Below, one piece after another: positions 47,965 to 56,146 of a DNA stretch of 64,000 bases (the stretch's first letter is position 1; each line of letters begins with the position of its first letter). Under the pieces are notes generated by a model. That model was not told where the DNA came from. It saw nothing but the letters and a program-made list of their open reading frames with translations, and ran no database searches. The stretch comes from Nitriliruptorales bacterium. Lineage in GTDB: Bacteria; Actinomycetota; Nitriliruptoria; Euzebyales; JAHELV01. Location: contig JAHELV010000004.1 of assembly GCA_024644015.1 (NCBI GenBank), positions 45,703 through 109,702 of the forward strand, given 5' to 3'. The translations under genes were made by a program, and so were the position numbers.

Positions 47965-49407
47965 TCATACAGCCAGGTACGGGCCAAGGCCATGGCGGCC
48001 ACCCTCGCGGCCGAAACCCGACTCCTTGTACCCGCCGAACGGGCTGGTCGGGTCGAACCGGTTGAACGTGTTCGCCCACACCACACCCGCACGCAGACGC
48101 TCGGCCATCCACAGGATGCGACTGCCCTTGTCGGTCCACACCCCGGCCGACAGGCCGTATGGCGTGTTGTTGGCCTTCGTGACCGCCTCGTCGGGCGTGC
48201 GGAACGTCAGCACCGACAGGACCGGTCCGAAGATCTCCTCGCGTGCGATCCGGTGCGACTGGCTCACTCCGGTGAACACCGTCGGCGCGAACCAGTAGCC
48301 GCGGTCGGGCAGCTGGCACTCGGGCTGCCAGCGCTGCGCGCCCTGATCCACACCGCTGTCGGTCAGCTCGGTGATGCGCGCGAGCTGCTCGGCGGAGTTG
48401 ATCGCGCCCAGGTCGGTGTTCTTGTCGAGCGGATCGCCGACACGCAGCGTACCCAGCCGCCGCTTGAGATGGCCCATCACCGGCTCGAGCACGGACTCCT
48501 GCACCAGCAGGCGCGACCCCGCGCAACACACATGGCCCTGGTTGAAGAAGATGCCGTTGACGATGCCCTCGACAGCCTGGTCCAACGGTGCGTCGTCGAA
48601 GACGATGTTCGCGGCCTTGCCGCCCAGCTCCAACGTCAGCCGGGTCGGCCGGCCCGCCAGCGCGCGCTGGATCTGCTTGCCGACGCTGGTCGAACCCGTG
48701 AACGCCACCTTGTCGACGCCGGCATGGTCCACCAGCGCCTGGCCGGTCGCGCCTGCGCCCGTGACGATGTTGACCACGCCGGGCGGCAGGTCGATCTGCT
48801 GCAGGATCTCGGCGAGCAGCAGGGCGCTCAGCGGCGTCGTCTCGGCTGGCTTCAGCACGCAGGTGTTGCCCGTGGCGAGTGCCGGTGCCAGCTTCCACGC
48901 CGCCATCAGCAGCGGGAAGTTCCAGGGGATGATCTGGCCGGCGACGCCGAGCGGCCGGGGGTCGGCACCGTACCCGGCATGGCTCAGCTTGTCCGCCCAG
49001 CCGGCGTACGAGAAGAAGTGCGCGGCCGCCGTGGGGACGTCGACGTCACGCGACTCCTTGATCGGCTTTCCATTGTCGAGCGTCTCGACGACCGCCAGCT
49101 CGCGCGCCCGCTCCTGGATCACCCGTGCCAGCCGGTACAGGTACTTCGCGCGCTCGGCGCCGGGCATCGGTCCCCAGACGTCGGTCTGCGCGCGACGCGC
49201 GGCGGCCACCGCGCGATCGACATCCTCCGCGCCCGCCTCGCTGACCGCGGCGAGCACCTCCTCGGTCGCCGGGTTCACGGTCTTGAACGTCGCGCCGCCC
49301 TGCGCTTCGACGAACTCGCCGTCGATGAACAGCCCGTACTCACTGCGCAGATCGACGATGTCGCGCGACTCGGGTGCCGGCGCGTACTGCCAGTTCGTCG
49401 CAGTCAT
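47965..49407 (-). CDS. NAD(P)-dependent aldehyde dehydrogenase (full length)
   Basis: 480 aa with FTGSTSVGK, LELGGKAA (catalytic Glu), FFNQGHVCCAGSRL (catalytic Cys), EEIFGPV. Confidence 0.9.
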   Translation of the reverse strand: MTATNWQYAPAPESRDIVDLRSEYGLFIDGEFVEAQGGATFKTVNPATEEVLAAVSEAGAEDVDRAVAAARRAQTDVWGPMPGAERAKYLYRLARVIQERARELAVVETLDNGKPIKESRDVDVPTAAAHFFSYAGWADKLSHAGYGADPRPLGVAGQIIPWNFPLLMAAWKLAPALATGNTCVLKPAETTPLSALLLAEILQQIDLPPGVVNIVTGAGATGQALVDHAGVDKVAFTGSTSVGKQIQRALAGRPTRLTLELGGKAANIVFDDAPLDQAVEGIVNGIFFNQGHVCCAGSRLLVQESVLEPVMGHLKRRLGTLRVGDPLDKNTDLGAINSAEQLARITELTDSGVDQGAQRWQPECQLPDRGYWFAPTVFTGVSQSHRIAREEIFGPVLSVLTFRTPDEAVTKANNTPYGLSAGVWTDKGSRILWMAERLRAGVVWANTFNRFDPTSPFGGYKESGFGREGGRHGLGPYLAV

Positions 49408-49416
49408 GGTGCGCCC

Positions 49417-50361
49417 TCAGTCGATCGTGTAGTAGTCGGGCCCCGCGTAGGCGCCGGTGCGCTGCTTGTCGCGCTGCATCAACAGATCGTTGAGCAGGCT
49501 CGACGCGCCGAATCGGAACAGCTCCGGAGTCAGCCAAGCGGGCCCCGCGATCTCGTGGACGAGCACCAGGTACCGGATGGCATCCTTGGCATCCCGGATG
49601 CCGCCGGCCGCTTTGACACCGACCTTGCGCTCGATGATCTCCTCGGCATCGCGGACCGCCTCGAGCATGACCAGCACGACGGGCCGGGTCGACGCGGGAG
49701 CGATCTTTCCTGTCGAAGTCTTGATGAAGTCGGCGCCGGCCAGGATGGCAAGCCACGACGCGCGACGCACGTTGTCGAGCGTGGCCAGCTCCCCGGTCTC
49801 GAGGATGACCTTCAGGTGGGCGTCACCGCACGCCTGCTTGGTGGCGACGATCTCGTCTGCGACCGCGCTGTAGCGACCGGCCAGGAAAGCCCCGCGATCG
49901 ATGACCATGTCGATCTCGTCGGCGCCGGCCGCGACGGCGTCCTTGGTGTCGGCCAGCTTGACGTCCAGCGACGCCCGGCCCGAAGGGAAGGCCGTTGCGA
50001 CCGAGGCCACCTGCACCGGCGTGCCACGTGTGTGCTCGACGGCCACAGCCACCATGTCGGGGTACACGCAGACGGCCGCGGCCGGCGGGACCGTGTCGTC
50101 GGTCGGGTCGGGCCTGACGGCCTTCGCACACAACGCGCGCACCTTGCCGGGGGTGTCGGCGCCCTCCAGCGTCGTCAGATCCGTCATACGGATCGCCCGG
50201 TCCAGCGCCCACAGCTTGGCGTCGCGCTTGATCGACCTGGTCGCCAGCGCAGCGGCGCGCGCCTCGGCACCGACCTGATCGACACCGGGCAGGCCGCGGA
50301 GAAATCGGCTCAACGCAGCGTCGGATGCAAGGAGCTCCCGTTGCGCAGAGGCGGTCGTCAT
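49417..50361 (-). CDS. deoC: Deoxyribose-phosphate aldolase (long actinobacterial form)
   Basis: VCVYPDMV, FPSG..SLDVKL, ADEIDMVI, LKVILETGEL, ADFIKTSTGK (Schiff-base Lys). ATG at 50361. Confidence 0.9.
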   Translation of the reverse strand: MTTASAQRELLASDAALSRFLRGLPGVDQVGAEARAAALATRSIKRDAKLWALDRAIRMTDLTTLEGADTPGKVRALCAKAVRPDPTDDTVPPAAAVCVYPDMVAVAVEHTRGTPVQVASVATAFPSGRASLDVKLADTKDAVAAGADEIDMVIDRGAFLAGRYSAVADEIVATKQACGDAHLKVILETGELATLDNVRRASWLAILAGADFIKTSTGKIAPASTRPVVLVMLEAVRDAEEIIERKVGVKAAGGIRDAKDAIRYLVLVHEIAGPAWLTPELFRFGASSLLNDLLMQRDKQRTGAYAGPDYYTID

Positions 50362-50374
50362 CGTGGTGTGCAGG

Positions 50375-51520
50375 CTACCGCCGCCGGCTGGCCTTGTCGT
50401 CATCCAGCCACACGACCCCCGTGCCATGTGCTCCGCACCGCGCGAGCGTCCGTGTCCGACCGCCGGGCCACAACGTCAGCAGCACACCGTGATGGCGCAG
50501 GTGGCTCACCGGCTCGAGGCGGACCCACGCCAGCGGCCGGTCGCTCGACGCCCGCGCCGCGGCCCGGGTCACGGCGGCAACGAAGCGCCTGCGGGTCACA
50601 CCGTCGAGGTACTCGAGGACGACCGAGTGGTAGAGCACGGTCACCACGCCTCGGGGCAGGTCCGCCAGCTGCTGGCGGGTCCAGCGATCCAGCGACGCGC
50701 GGTCGACGATGGCCGGCACGCGGTCGGCGAGCGCCAGCGTGCCGCGAAGCCGCGCGTGACGGTCGTCCTGGTCGGCCCACAACGACGCGGTCAACGTCAG
50801 CCGACCGTCCGCAGTCGACGGGTCGACCGGGTGGAGGTCGCAGCCCCGACGATCGACGACCTGGAGGTGGCTGGGCGCGTCCGGCGGCGCGATCCGCCAG
50901 TGCGACGACAGGTCGACGGGGCTGTCGTCGTCGCCGAGGTGTCCGCCGCCACCGCCGATGCGGAAGTGGTCGCACCGCAGGTTGAGGCCGGCGCTCGCCC
51001 CCACCTCACGCAGCCGCAGCGGGAGACCGGTCACCCTTGTTGCCTCGATGAACCCAACCGCCAGCGCCGCGCTGCGGCCCACTTCATTGGTCTGGCAGGG
51101 GCGCGCTACGAGAGCCGACACAGCGGGCGGATCCTGCGTCAGTGTTGCGCGGAACGCCGCCCACACCCCGTCCAACGAACCGGTGCCGCCCACGCTGGGA
51201 TAGAACGGCGCGAGCAGCTCCGCGTGGCCCTCCAGCACCATCCGGTGCACCGCGGCCATCAGGCGCAGCGCCAACGCGTCGGCGCGGCCGGGCGCACTGT
51301 GGTCCCGGAGCGCCTCCCACGTTGGCCCGCCGGCTTCGCAGTCCGCCGCCGCGCGCGCCAACAGGTGGCTGTACAGCGGCGACCCCATCGCGGCGCACGA
51401 ACGGGCCTGGTCCGCCAACTGCCGTGCGGTGCGTCGGCGCGCGTGCGACTGCGACGGCTGGGCCGGTCCGCCCGTCGGATCGTCTGTCGCAGCAGCGGCA
51501 CTCGGCATACTGTCGGCCAT
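50375..51520 (-). CDS. DUF2332 family protein
   Basis: C-terminal ~380 aa of track ORF 50375..52069 (GSPLYSHLL..., CQTNEVGRSAAL, EVGASAGLNL, LYHSVVLEYL). The start is ambiguous: ATG at 51520 or 51508, or TTG further in. Confidence 0.7.
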   Translation of the reverse strand: MADSMPSAAAATDDPTGGPAQPSQSHARRRTARQLADQARSCAAMGSPLYSHLLARAAADCEAGGPTWEALRDHSAPGRADALALRLMAAVHRMVLEGHAELLAPFYPSVGGTGSLDGVWAAFRATLTQDPPAVSALVARPCQTNEVGRSAALAVGFIEATRVTGLPLRLREVGASAGLNLRCDHFRIGGGGGHLGDDDSPVDLSSHWRIAPPDAPSHLQVVDRRGCDLHPVDPSTADGRLTLTASLWADQDDRHARLRGTLALADRVPAIVDRASLDRWTRQQLADLPRGVVTVLYHSVVLEYLDGVTRRRFVAAVTRAAARASSDRPLAWVRLEPVSHLRHHGVLLTLWPGGRTRTLARCGAHGTGVVWLDDDKASRRR

Positions 51521-52988
51521 GCCCGCAGTGCTCGCGTCAGCCATCGTGTTCGCCACCTCAGCTGGTGTGCTGGTGCTCGAGATTCTCGCCGGACGCCTGC
51601 TCGCACCATACGTCGGTGTCACGCTCGAGACGTTCACGGGCATCATCGGCACCGTGCTCGCCGGTATCGCGCTGGGCAGCTGGTGGGGAGGTCGGCAGGC
51701 CGATGTCCGCGACCCGCGAACCATGCTCGGACCGGTCATCGCCGTCGGCGGGTTGCTGGCGCTGGCGTCCCTTCCGATCGTGCGGCTGTTCGGTCCGGCG
51801 CTGGCCGGACGCAGTCCGGTGACGATCGTGACGCTGGCGCTCCTAGGGTTCTTCGCGCCCGCCGCCGTGTTGTCGGCGGTCACCCCGATGGTCATAAAGA
51901 TCCAGCTCGACAGCCTGCGCGTCACCGGTCGTACCGTGGGCCGCCTGTCCGCGATCAGCACCATCGGTGCACTGTTCGGCACCTTCGCGACCGGGTTCGT
52001 GATGCTCGCCGCCTTCCCTACGCCGCCGATCGTGATCGCGCTGGGCAGCGTCCTGGTCGCTGTCGGCATCGGCTTGTGGGTCTGGCTGCCCCGTCAGGAC
52101 TCGGGTTCGCCGTCGGCCCTTGCGTTCGGAGCGGTGGCGCTCGCAACGGTCGGGCTGGTCGTGGGAACGCCATGCGAGCGCGAGACCGCGTACTTCTGCG
52201 CCACTGTGGTCGCAGACACCGCCCGGTCAGGTGGGCGTCTGCTGGTGCTCGACACCTTGCGACACAGCTATGTCGACCTCGACGATCCGACACACCTCGA
52301 GTTCGACTACGCCCGCAACGTGGTCGATGTGATCGCTGCGACGTACCCCTCTGGCGCGCTGGATGTTCTGCACATCGGCGGTGGCGGCTTCACGCTCCCG
52401 CGCTACCTGGCCGCGACCAGGCCGGGTACCAACAGCCTGGTGCTGGAACTCGACCCCGACCTGGTCCGGTTGGCCCGCGACGACCTGGGCCTGCAAACCG
52501 GGCCGCTGCTGGATGTCCGAACCGGAGACGCACGCCTGGGCATCACCGAGTTGCCCGACGACTCCAGAGACGTCGTGATCGGCGACGCCTTCGGCGGTCT
52601 GGCGGTGCCGTGGCACCTGACGACCGCGGAGTTCCTCGATGAAGTCAACCGCGTGCTGCGTCCGGGCGGCATATATGTGCTCAACATGATCGACCATCCC
52701 CCACTGGCCTTCGCCCGGGCGGAGGCTGCCACGCTGCGCAGAGTCTTCGACGAGGTCGCGATCGTCGCGCCGTCCGAGCGACTCGCAGGTGCGGTCGGTG
52801 GCAACTTCGTCATGACCGGCGGCGACGTCGATGTGCAGAACGTCGCGTTGCGCCTTGACTCCCGCAACGCCGCCGACGAGGTCATCACCGGCGCCGATGT
52901 CAAGCAGTTCACCGGCGACGCACCGGTGCTCACCGACGCCTACGCACCAGTGGACCAGTTGCTCGAGCCGCAGCCGACGGCCGGCTGA
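51519..52988 (+). CDS. Fused membrane-domain / spermidine-synthase-like (class I MTase fold) protein
   Basis: About 7 N-terminal TM helices, then HIGGGGFTLPRYL, LELDPDLV, VIGDAF, LRPGGIYVLN. ATG at 51519. Confidence 0.75.
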   Translation: MPAVLASAIVFATSAGVLVLEILAGRLLAPYVGVTLETFTGIIGTVLAGIALGSWWGGRQADVRDPRTMLGPVIAVGGLLALASLPIVRLFGPALAGRSPVTIVTLALLGFFAPAAVLSAVTPMVIKIQLDSLRVTGRTVGRLSAISTIGALFGTFATGFVMLAAFPTPPIVIALGSVLVAVGIGLWVWLPRQDSGSPSALAFGAVALATVGLVVGTPCERETAYFCATVVADTARSGGRLLVLDTLRHSYVDLDDPTHLEFDYARNVVDVIAATYPSGALDVLHIGGGGFTLPRYLAATRPGTNSLVLELDPDLVRLARDDLGLQTGPLLDVRTGDARLGITELPDDSRDVVIGDAFGGLAVPWHLTTAEFLDEVNRVLRPGGIYVLNMIDHPPLAFARAEAATLRRVFDEVAIVAPSERLAGAVGGNFVMTGGDVDVQNVALRLDSRNAADEVITGADVKQFTGDAPVLTDAYAPVDQLLEPQPTAG

Positions 52989-53093
52989 GGTTCGGGGGCG
53001 CGGCGCCATGCCCGGCCTTCCGCCGTTGCGCCACGGCGAACGACCAGTCTGGACCTGCCCCATCGCCGCCCGCGCGATCCCGCGATGGCACGG

Positions 53094-53825
53094 TCAGACG
53101 GTTCCGAACCGGCGGGTCCGATGCTGATACTCGCCGACCGCGTCGCGCAACGCCCGGCGGTCGAAATCCGGCCAGTACAGGGGCGTGAACACCAGCTCCG
53201 CATAGGCGGCCTGCCACGGCAGATAGTTCGACAACCGCTGCTCGCCCGACGTCCTGATCATCAGATCGACGTCGGGGGCGTCCGCCGTGTACAGGTTCCG
53301 CTCGACCGCTGCCTCGTCGATCTTCTCGGGATCGAGCTCTCCAGCGGCGACCTGCCGCCCCAACGCCCGCGCCGCGTCCACGAGCTCGGCGCGACCGCCG
53401 TAGTTGAACGCGATCTGCAGCGTCATCCGCCGATGGTGGCGGGTGGTGGCCTCGCTGTCGGCCATCAACCGGCGCAGACTGGCGGGAATCGGGCGGGTGT
53501 GCCGGCCGATGAAGCGGATGCGCACCTGCCGGTCGTCGAGCTCACCCGTGCGACGCCGTAGCAGGTCACGGTTGAAGTTCATGATGAACCGGACCTCGCT
53601 CGGCGGCCGCCGCCAGTTCTCGGTCGAGAACGCGTAGACCGTCAACCAGCGGATCCCAAGCTCGAGCGCGCCCTCGACGGTGTCGAACAGCGCGTGCTCG
53701 CCGGCCTCGTGACCCGCGCGGCGGGGCAGGTTGCGCTCCCCGGCCCAACGGCCGTTGCCATCCATGATGATCGCAACGTGCCGCGGCACCCGCTCGGGAT
53801 CGATCGCCACGTCGGCATCGCTCAC
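53094..53825 (-). CDS. uppS: Isoprenyl (undecaprenyl/decaprenyl) diphosphate synthase, cis-prenyltransferase
   Basis: HVAIIMDGNGRWA, LTVYAFSTENWRRP, RTSGEQRLSNYLPWQAAYAE. The GTG at 53825 overlaps the recO stop (GTGA). Confidence 0.9.
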   Translation of the reverse strand: MSDADVAIDPERVPRHVAIIMDGNGRWAGERNLPRRAGHEAGEHALFDTVEGALELGIRWLTVYAFSTENWRRPPSEVRFIMNFNRDLLRRRTGELDDRQVRIRFIGRHTRPIPASLRRLMADSEATTRHHRRMTLQIAFNYGGRAELVDAARALGRQVAAGELDPEKIDEAAVERNLYTADAPDVDLMIRTSGEQRLSNYLPWQAAYAELVFTPLYWPDFDRRALRDAVGEYQHRTRRFGTV

Positions 53826-54544
53826 CGTGGCACCAGCTCCCAGGCCTTGAGCGACCGTCCGAGGTGATACGCGAGAAAGCTGTTGATCAGCGCACTGACC
53901 GTTCGCCGCACCCGTTGGTCCGCGGCGGTCTCCATCCCCCACTGCGACGCCGCCAGCGAACGCAGCAGCGACAGCGCCTGAGCGTCGAGCGGACGGGTGC
54001 CGTTGGGAGCGCATCGGACGCACACCACCCCACCGGCAGCCAGATGGAAGACGTCGTGAGAACCGGGCGTTCCGCATCCCGCGCAGGCGTGGAGCTGTGG
54101 ATGGTACCCGGCGACCGACGCCAGACGGAGCAGATAGGCGTCGAGCACGGTCGCAGGCCACCGCGGCACGGTGGCCAGCTGGCGCAGCCCGTCGAGCAGG
54201 AGAACGTACAGGCGGCTGGCGCGTTCGCCCTCCTGTGCGATGAAGTCAGCGGCTTCGACCATGCTCGATCCGCACGCCGAAAGCACATAGTCCTCGCGCA
54301 CGCCGGAGAAGCCGTCGATCAGCTCGGCCTGGGTCACGATGTCGAGGTTGCGGCCCTCGTAGAGCTGCAGGTCGACGTGGCTGAACGGCTCCAGTCGACC
54401 GCCGAAGCGCGAGCCAGGCTTACGCACGCCCTTGGCAACCGCCCGCACCTTGCCTCTGCCGCCGGTCAACAGGTTCACGATGCGGTCGGTCTCTCCGAGC
54501 TTGTAGGTGCGCAGGACGACACCCTGCTCGCGGTACAGCGCCAT
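53822..54544 (-). CDS. recO: DNA repair protein RecO
   Basis: MALYREQGVVLRTYKLGETDRIV... OB fold, and a zinc motif CAGCG...CVRC. ATG at 54544. Confidence 0.9.
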   Translation of the reverse strand: MALYREQGVVLRTYKLGETDRIVNLLTGGRGKVRAVAKGVRKPGSRFGGRLEPFSHVDLQLYEGRNLDIVTQAELIDGFSGVREDYVLSACGSSMVEAADFIAQEGERASRLYVLLLDGLRQLATVPRWPATVLDAYLLRLASVAGYHPQLHACAGCGTPGSHDVFHLAAGGVVCVRCAPNGTRPLDAQALSLLRSLAASQWGMETAADQRVRRTVSALINSFLAYHLGRSLKAWELVPR

Positions 54545-54649
54545 GCATGCCAGGCTACGGCGCGACACCCACGGCAACAGGTAGGCGCACCACCCACCAG
54601 CGCGTGGCCGACCACTACCCCACCAGGCAGCCAGCCGCCCCATTGAGCA

Positions 54650-55624
54650 TCAGTACCCGAGCCGATTGAGTGCGCGTGGGTCACCCTGCCAGTCCTTGAG
54701 CAGCTTGACCCGCAGCTCCAGGTAGACACGCGCGTCGAGCAACGCCTCGATGGCAGGGCGCGCGTCGGTTCCGATGTCGCGCAGCACCGCTCCACGCTTG
54801 CCGATCACGATGCCCTTCTGGGACTCGCGCTCGACGAAGATCGTCGCATGCACAACGGTCACTTCGCCGCTGCCAGGCAGCAACTCGTCGACGACGACCG
54901 CGACCGAGTGGGGGACCTCCTCTCGCATGCGGATGATCGCCTGCTCGCGGATGCGCTCGGCAATGCGCTGCTCGACCGGCTGGTCGGTCACCTGATCCGC
55001 AGGGAAGTACGGCGGCCCCTCCGGCATGCGCTCGACGATCAGCCGGCGAACGACGTCGACCCCGACACCGTCGCGTGCCGAGACCGGCACGATCTCGGCC
55101 CAGTCACCGAGCCGGGAGACCGCGTCGAGCGCCGGCAACTGGTCCGCCTTGCTCAGCCGGTCGACCTTGTTGGCCACCGCGATGGTGCGGTCCGCATGCT
55201 CGGCGAGCAGCTCGGCCACGAACTGGTCGCCCCGGCCGACGCCAGACGCTGCGTCGACCACGAACAACAGCACGTCGACGTCAGCCACGGCGTCTCGCGC
55301 GACCTCGTTGAGCCGGCTGCCGAGCAGCGTCCGCGCCTTGTGCAGGCCAGGCGTGTCGACGAACACCACCTGTACGCCTTCGTCGTGCAGCACGCCGCGC
55401 ACCGCGCGTCTCGTTGTCTGCGGCACCGGTGTCGTGATGGCCACCGGAACACCGACGAGCGCGTTGAGCAGCGTCGACTTGCCCACGTTCGGACGCCCGA
55501 CGATCGAGCAGAAGCCCGACCGCAGTCCCGTCTGCTCAGCGATCACTCGGTCGCCTGCGCCGTCGCCGCGCGGACCGCTCACGCCTGTGGGTTCCGCGGA
55601 GCCTGGTTCCGCTGCGGCGCTCAC
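54650..55624 (-). CDS. era: GTPase Era
   Basis: G1 GRPNVGKST, DTPG, NKVD, and a KH domain. The GTG at 55624 lies at the end of the tandem repeat; an alternative GTG lies at 55546. Confidence 0.9.
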   Translation of the reverse strand: MSAAAEPGSAEPTGVSGPRGDGAGDRVIAEQTGLRSGFCSIVGRPNVGKSTLLNALVGVPVAITTPVPQTTRRAVRGVLHDEGVQVVFVDTPGLHKARTLLGSRLNEVARDAVADVDVLLFVVDAASGVGRGDQFVAELLAEHADRTIAVANKVDRLSKADQLPALDAVSRLGDWAEIVPVSARDGVGVDVVRRLIVERMPEGPPYFPADQVTDQPVEQRIAERIREQAIIRMREEVPHSVAVVVDELLPGSGEVTVVHATIFVERESQKGIVIGKRGAVLRDIGTDARPAIEALLDARVYLELRVKLLKDWQGDPRALNRLGY

Positions 55625-55706
55625 GCCGGGGCCTCCGCGGAGCCTGGTTCCGCTGCGGCGCTCACGCCGGGGCCTCCGCGGAGCCTGGTTCCGCTGCGGC
55701 GCTCAC
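55578..55706 (-). repeat. 41-nt tandem repeat (two identical units, one diverged 42-nt unit, one 5-nt unit start) spanning the cdd stop to the era 5' end
   Basis: Plus-strand units CTCACGCCGGGGCCTCCGCGGAGCCTGGTTCCGCTGCGGCG at 55620..55660 and 55661..55701. A diverged copy lies at 55578..55619, and CTCAC restarts at 55702. Two 14-codon ORFs (55706..55662 and 55665..55621) both read VSAAAEPGSAEAPA. Confidence 0.9.
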
Positions 55707-56146
55707 GTGCCCTCGAGCGTGGCCGGCCCGAAGCCGTCGCGCAGCAGATCGCGTCCGAGCACGTAGCGGGTGACCGCGCCGGTATCGCCGGTTGCGAGCA
55801 CCTCCAGGTCGGGCCCGAACTCGTAGAGAAACTGCCGGCACGTCCCGCACGGAGTGCACACGGCCGGGCCGGTGCCGACCACGGCCAGCATACGAAACGA
55901 CCGTTGCCCGTGCGCCACGGCGTAGGCGCCGGCGACGCGCTCCGCGCAGATGGTCGCCGGATAGGCGGCGTTCTCAACGTTGGCGCCCGTGACGATCGTG
56001 CCGTCGTCGGTCCGCAGCGCGGCACCGACGCGGAACCGCGAGTAGGGGGCGTACGCCCGGTCGCGGGCGTCGACGGCCGCCTCGACCAGTTCGCGCTCGT
56101 CGGATGACAGGGATTGCGTCGAACCCGTCGACTGCCCGCTCGTCAT
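55703..56146 (-). CDS. cdd: Cytidine deaminase (homotetrameric type)
   Basis: 147 aa. Zinc motifs CAERVA and CTPCGTCRQFL. The start ATG overlaps the upstream stop (ATGA at 56146..56143). Confidence 0.9.
   Translation of the reverse strand: MTSGQSTGSTQSLSSDERELVEAAVDARDRAYAPYSRFRVGAALRTDDGTIVTGANVENAAYPATICAERVAGAYAVAHGQRSFRMLAVVGTGPAVCTPCGTCRQFLYEFGPDLEVLATGDTGAVTRYVLGRDLLRDGFGPATLEGT

Noticed and set aside
47917-50985. 1022-aa plus-strand ORF
   Set aside because: It is antisense to the aldehyde dehydrogenase, deoC and DUF2332 genes. The composition is Arg/Gly/Pro-dominated and no recognisable domain is present.
54650-55546. Shorter Era start at GTG 55546 (VIAEQTGLRSGF...), which would leave all repeats intergenic
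   Set aside because: This was not fully rejected. It was kept as an alternative because model Era proteins start close to the G1 motif. The 55624 start is preferred here because it sits in the GTGA relay with the upstream mini-ORFs.
55578-55706. Possible CRISPR array or simple assembly stutter at the 41-nt repeats
   Set aside because: The units are directly adjacent with no spacers, and there are only about 3 copies, so this is not a CRISPR array. An artefact cannot be excluded without reads. However, the precise preservation of the GTGA junctions and the SD argues for a biological tandem duplication.
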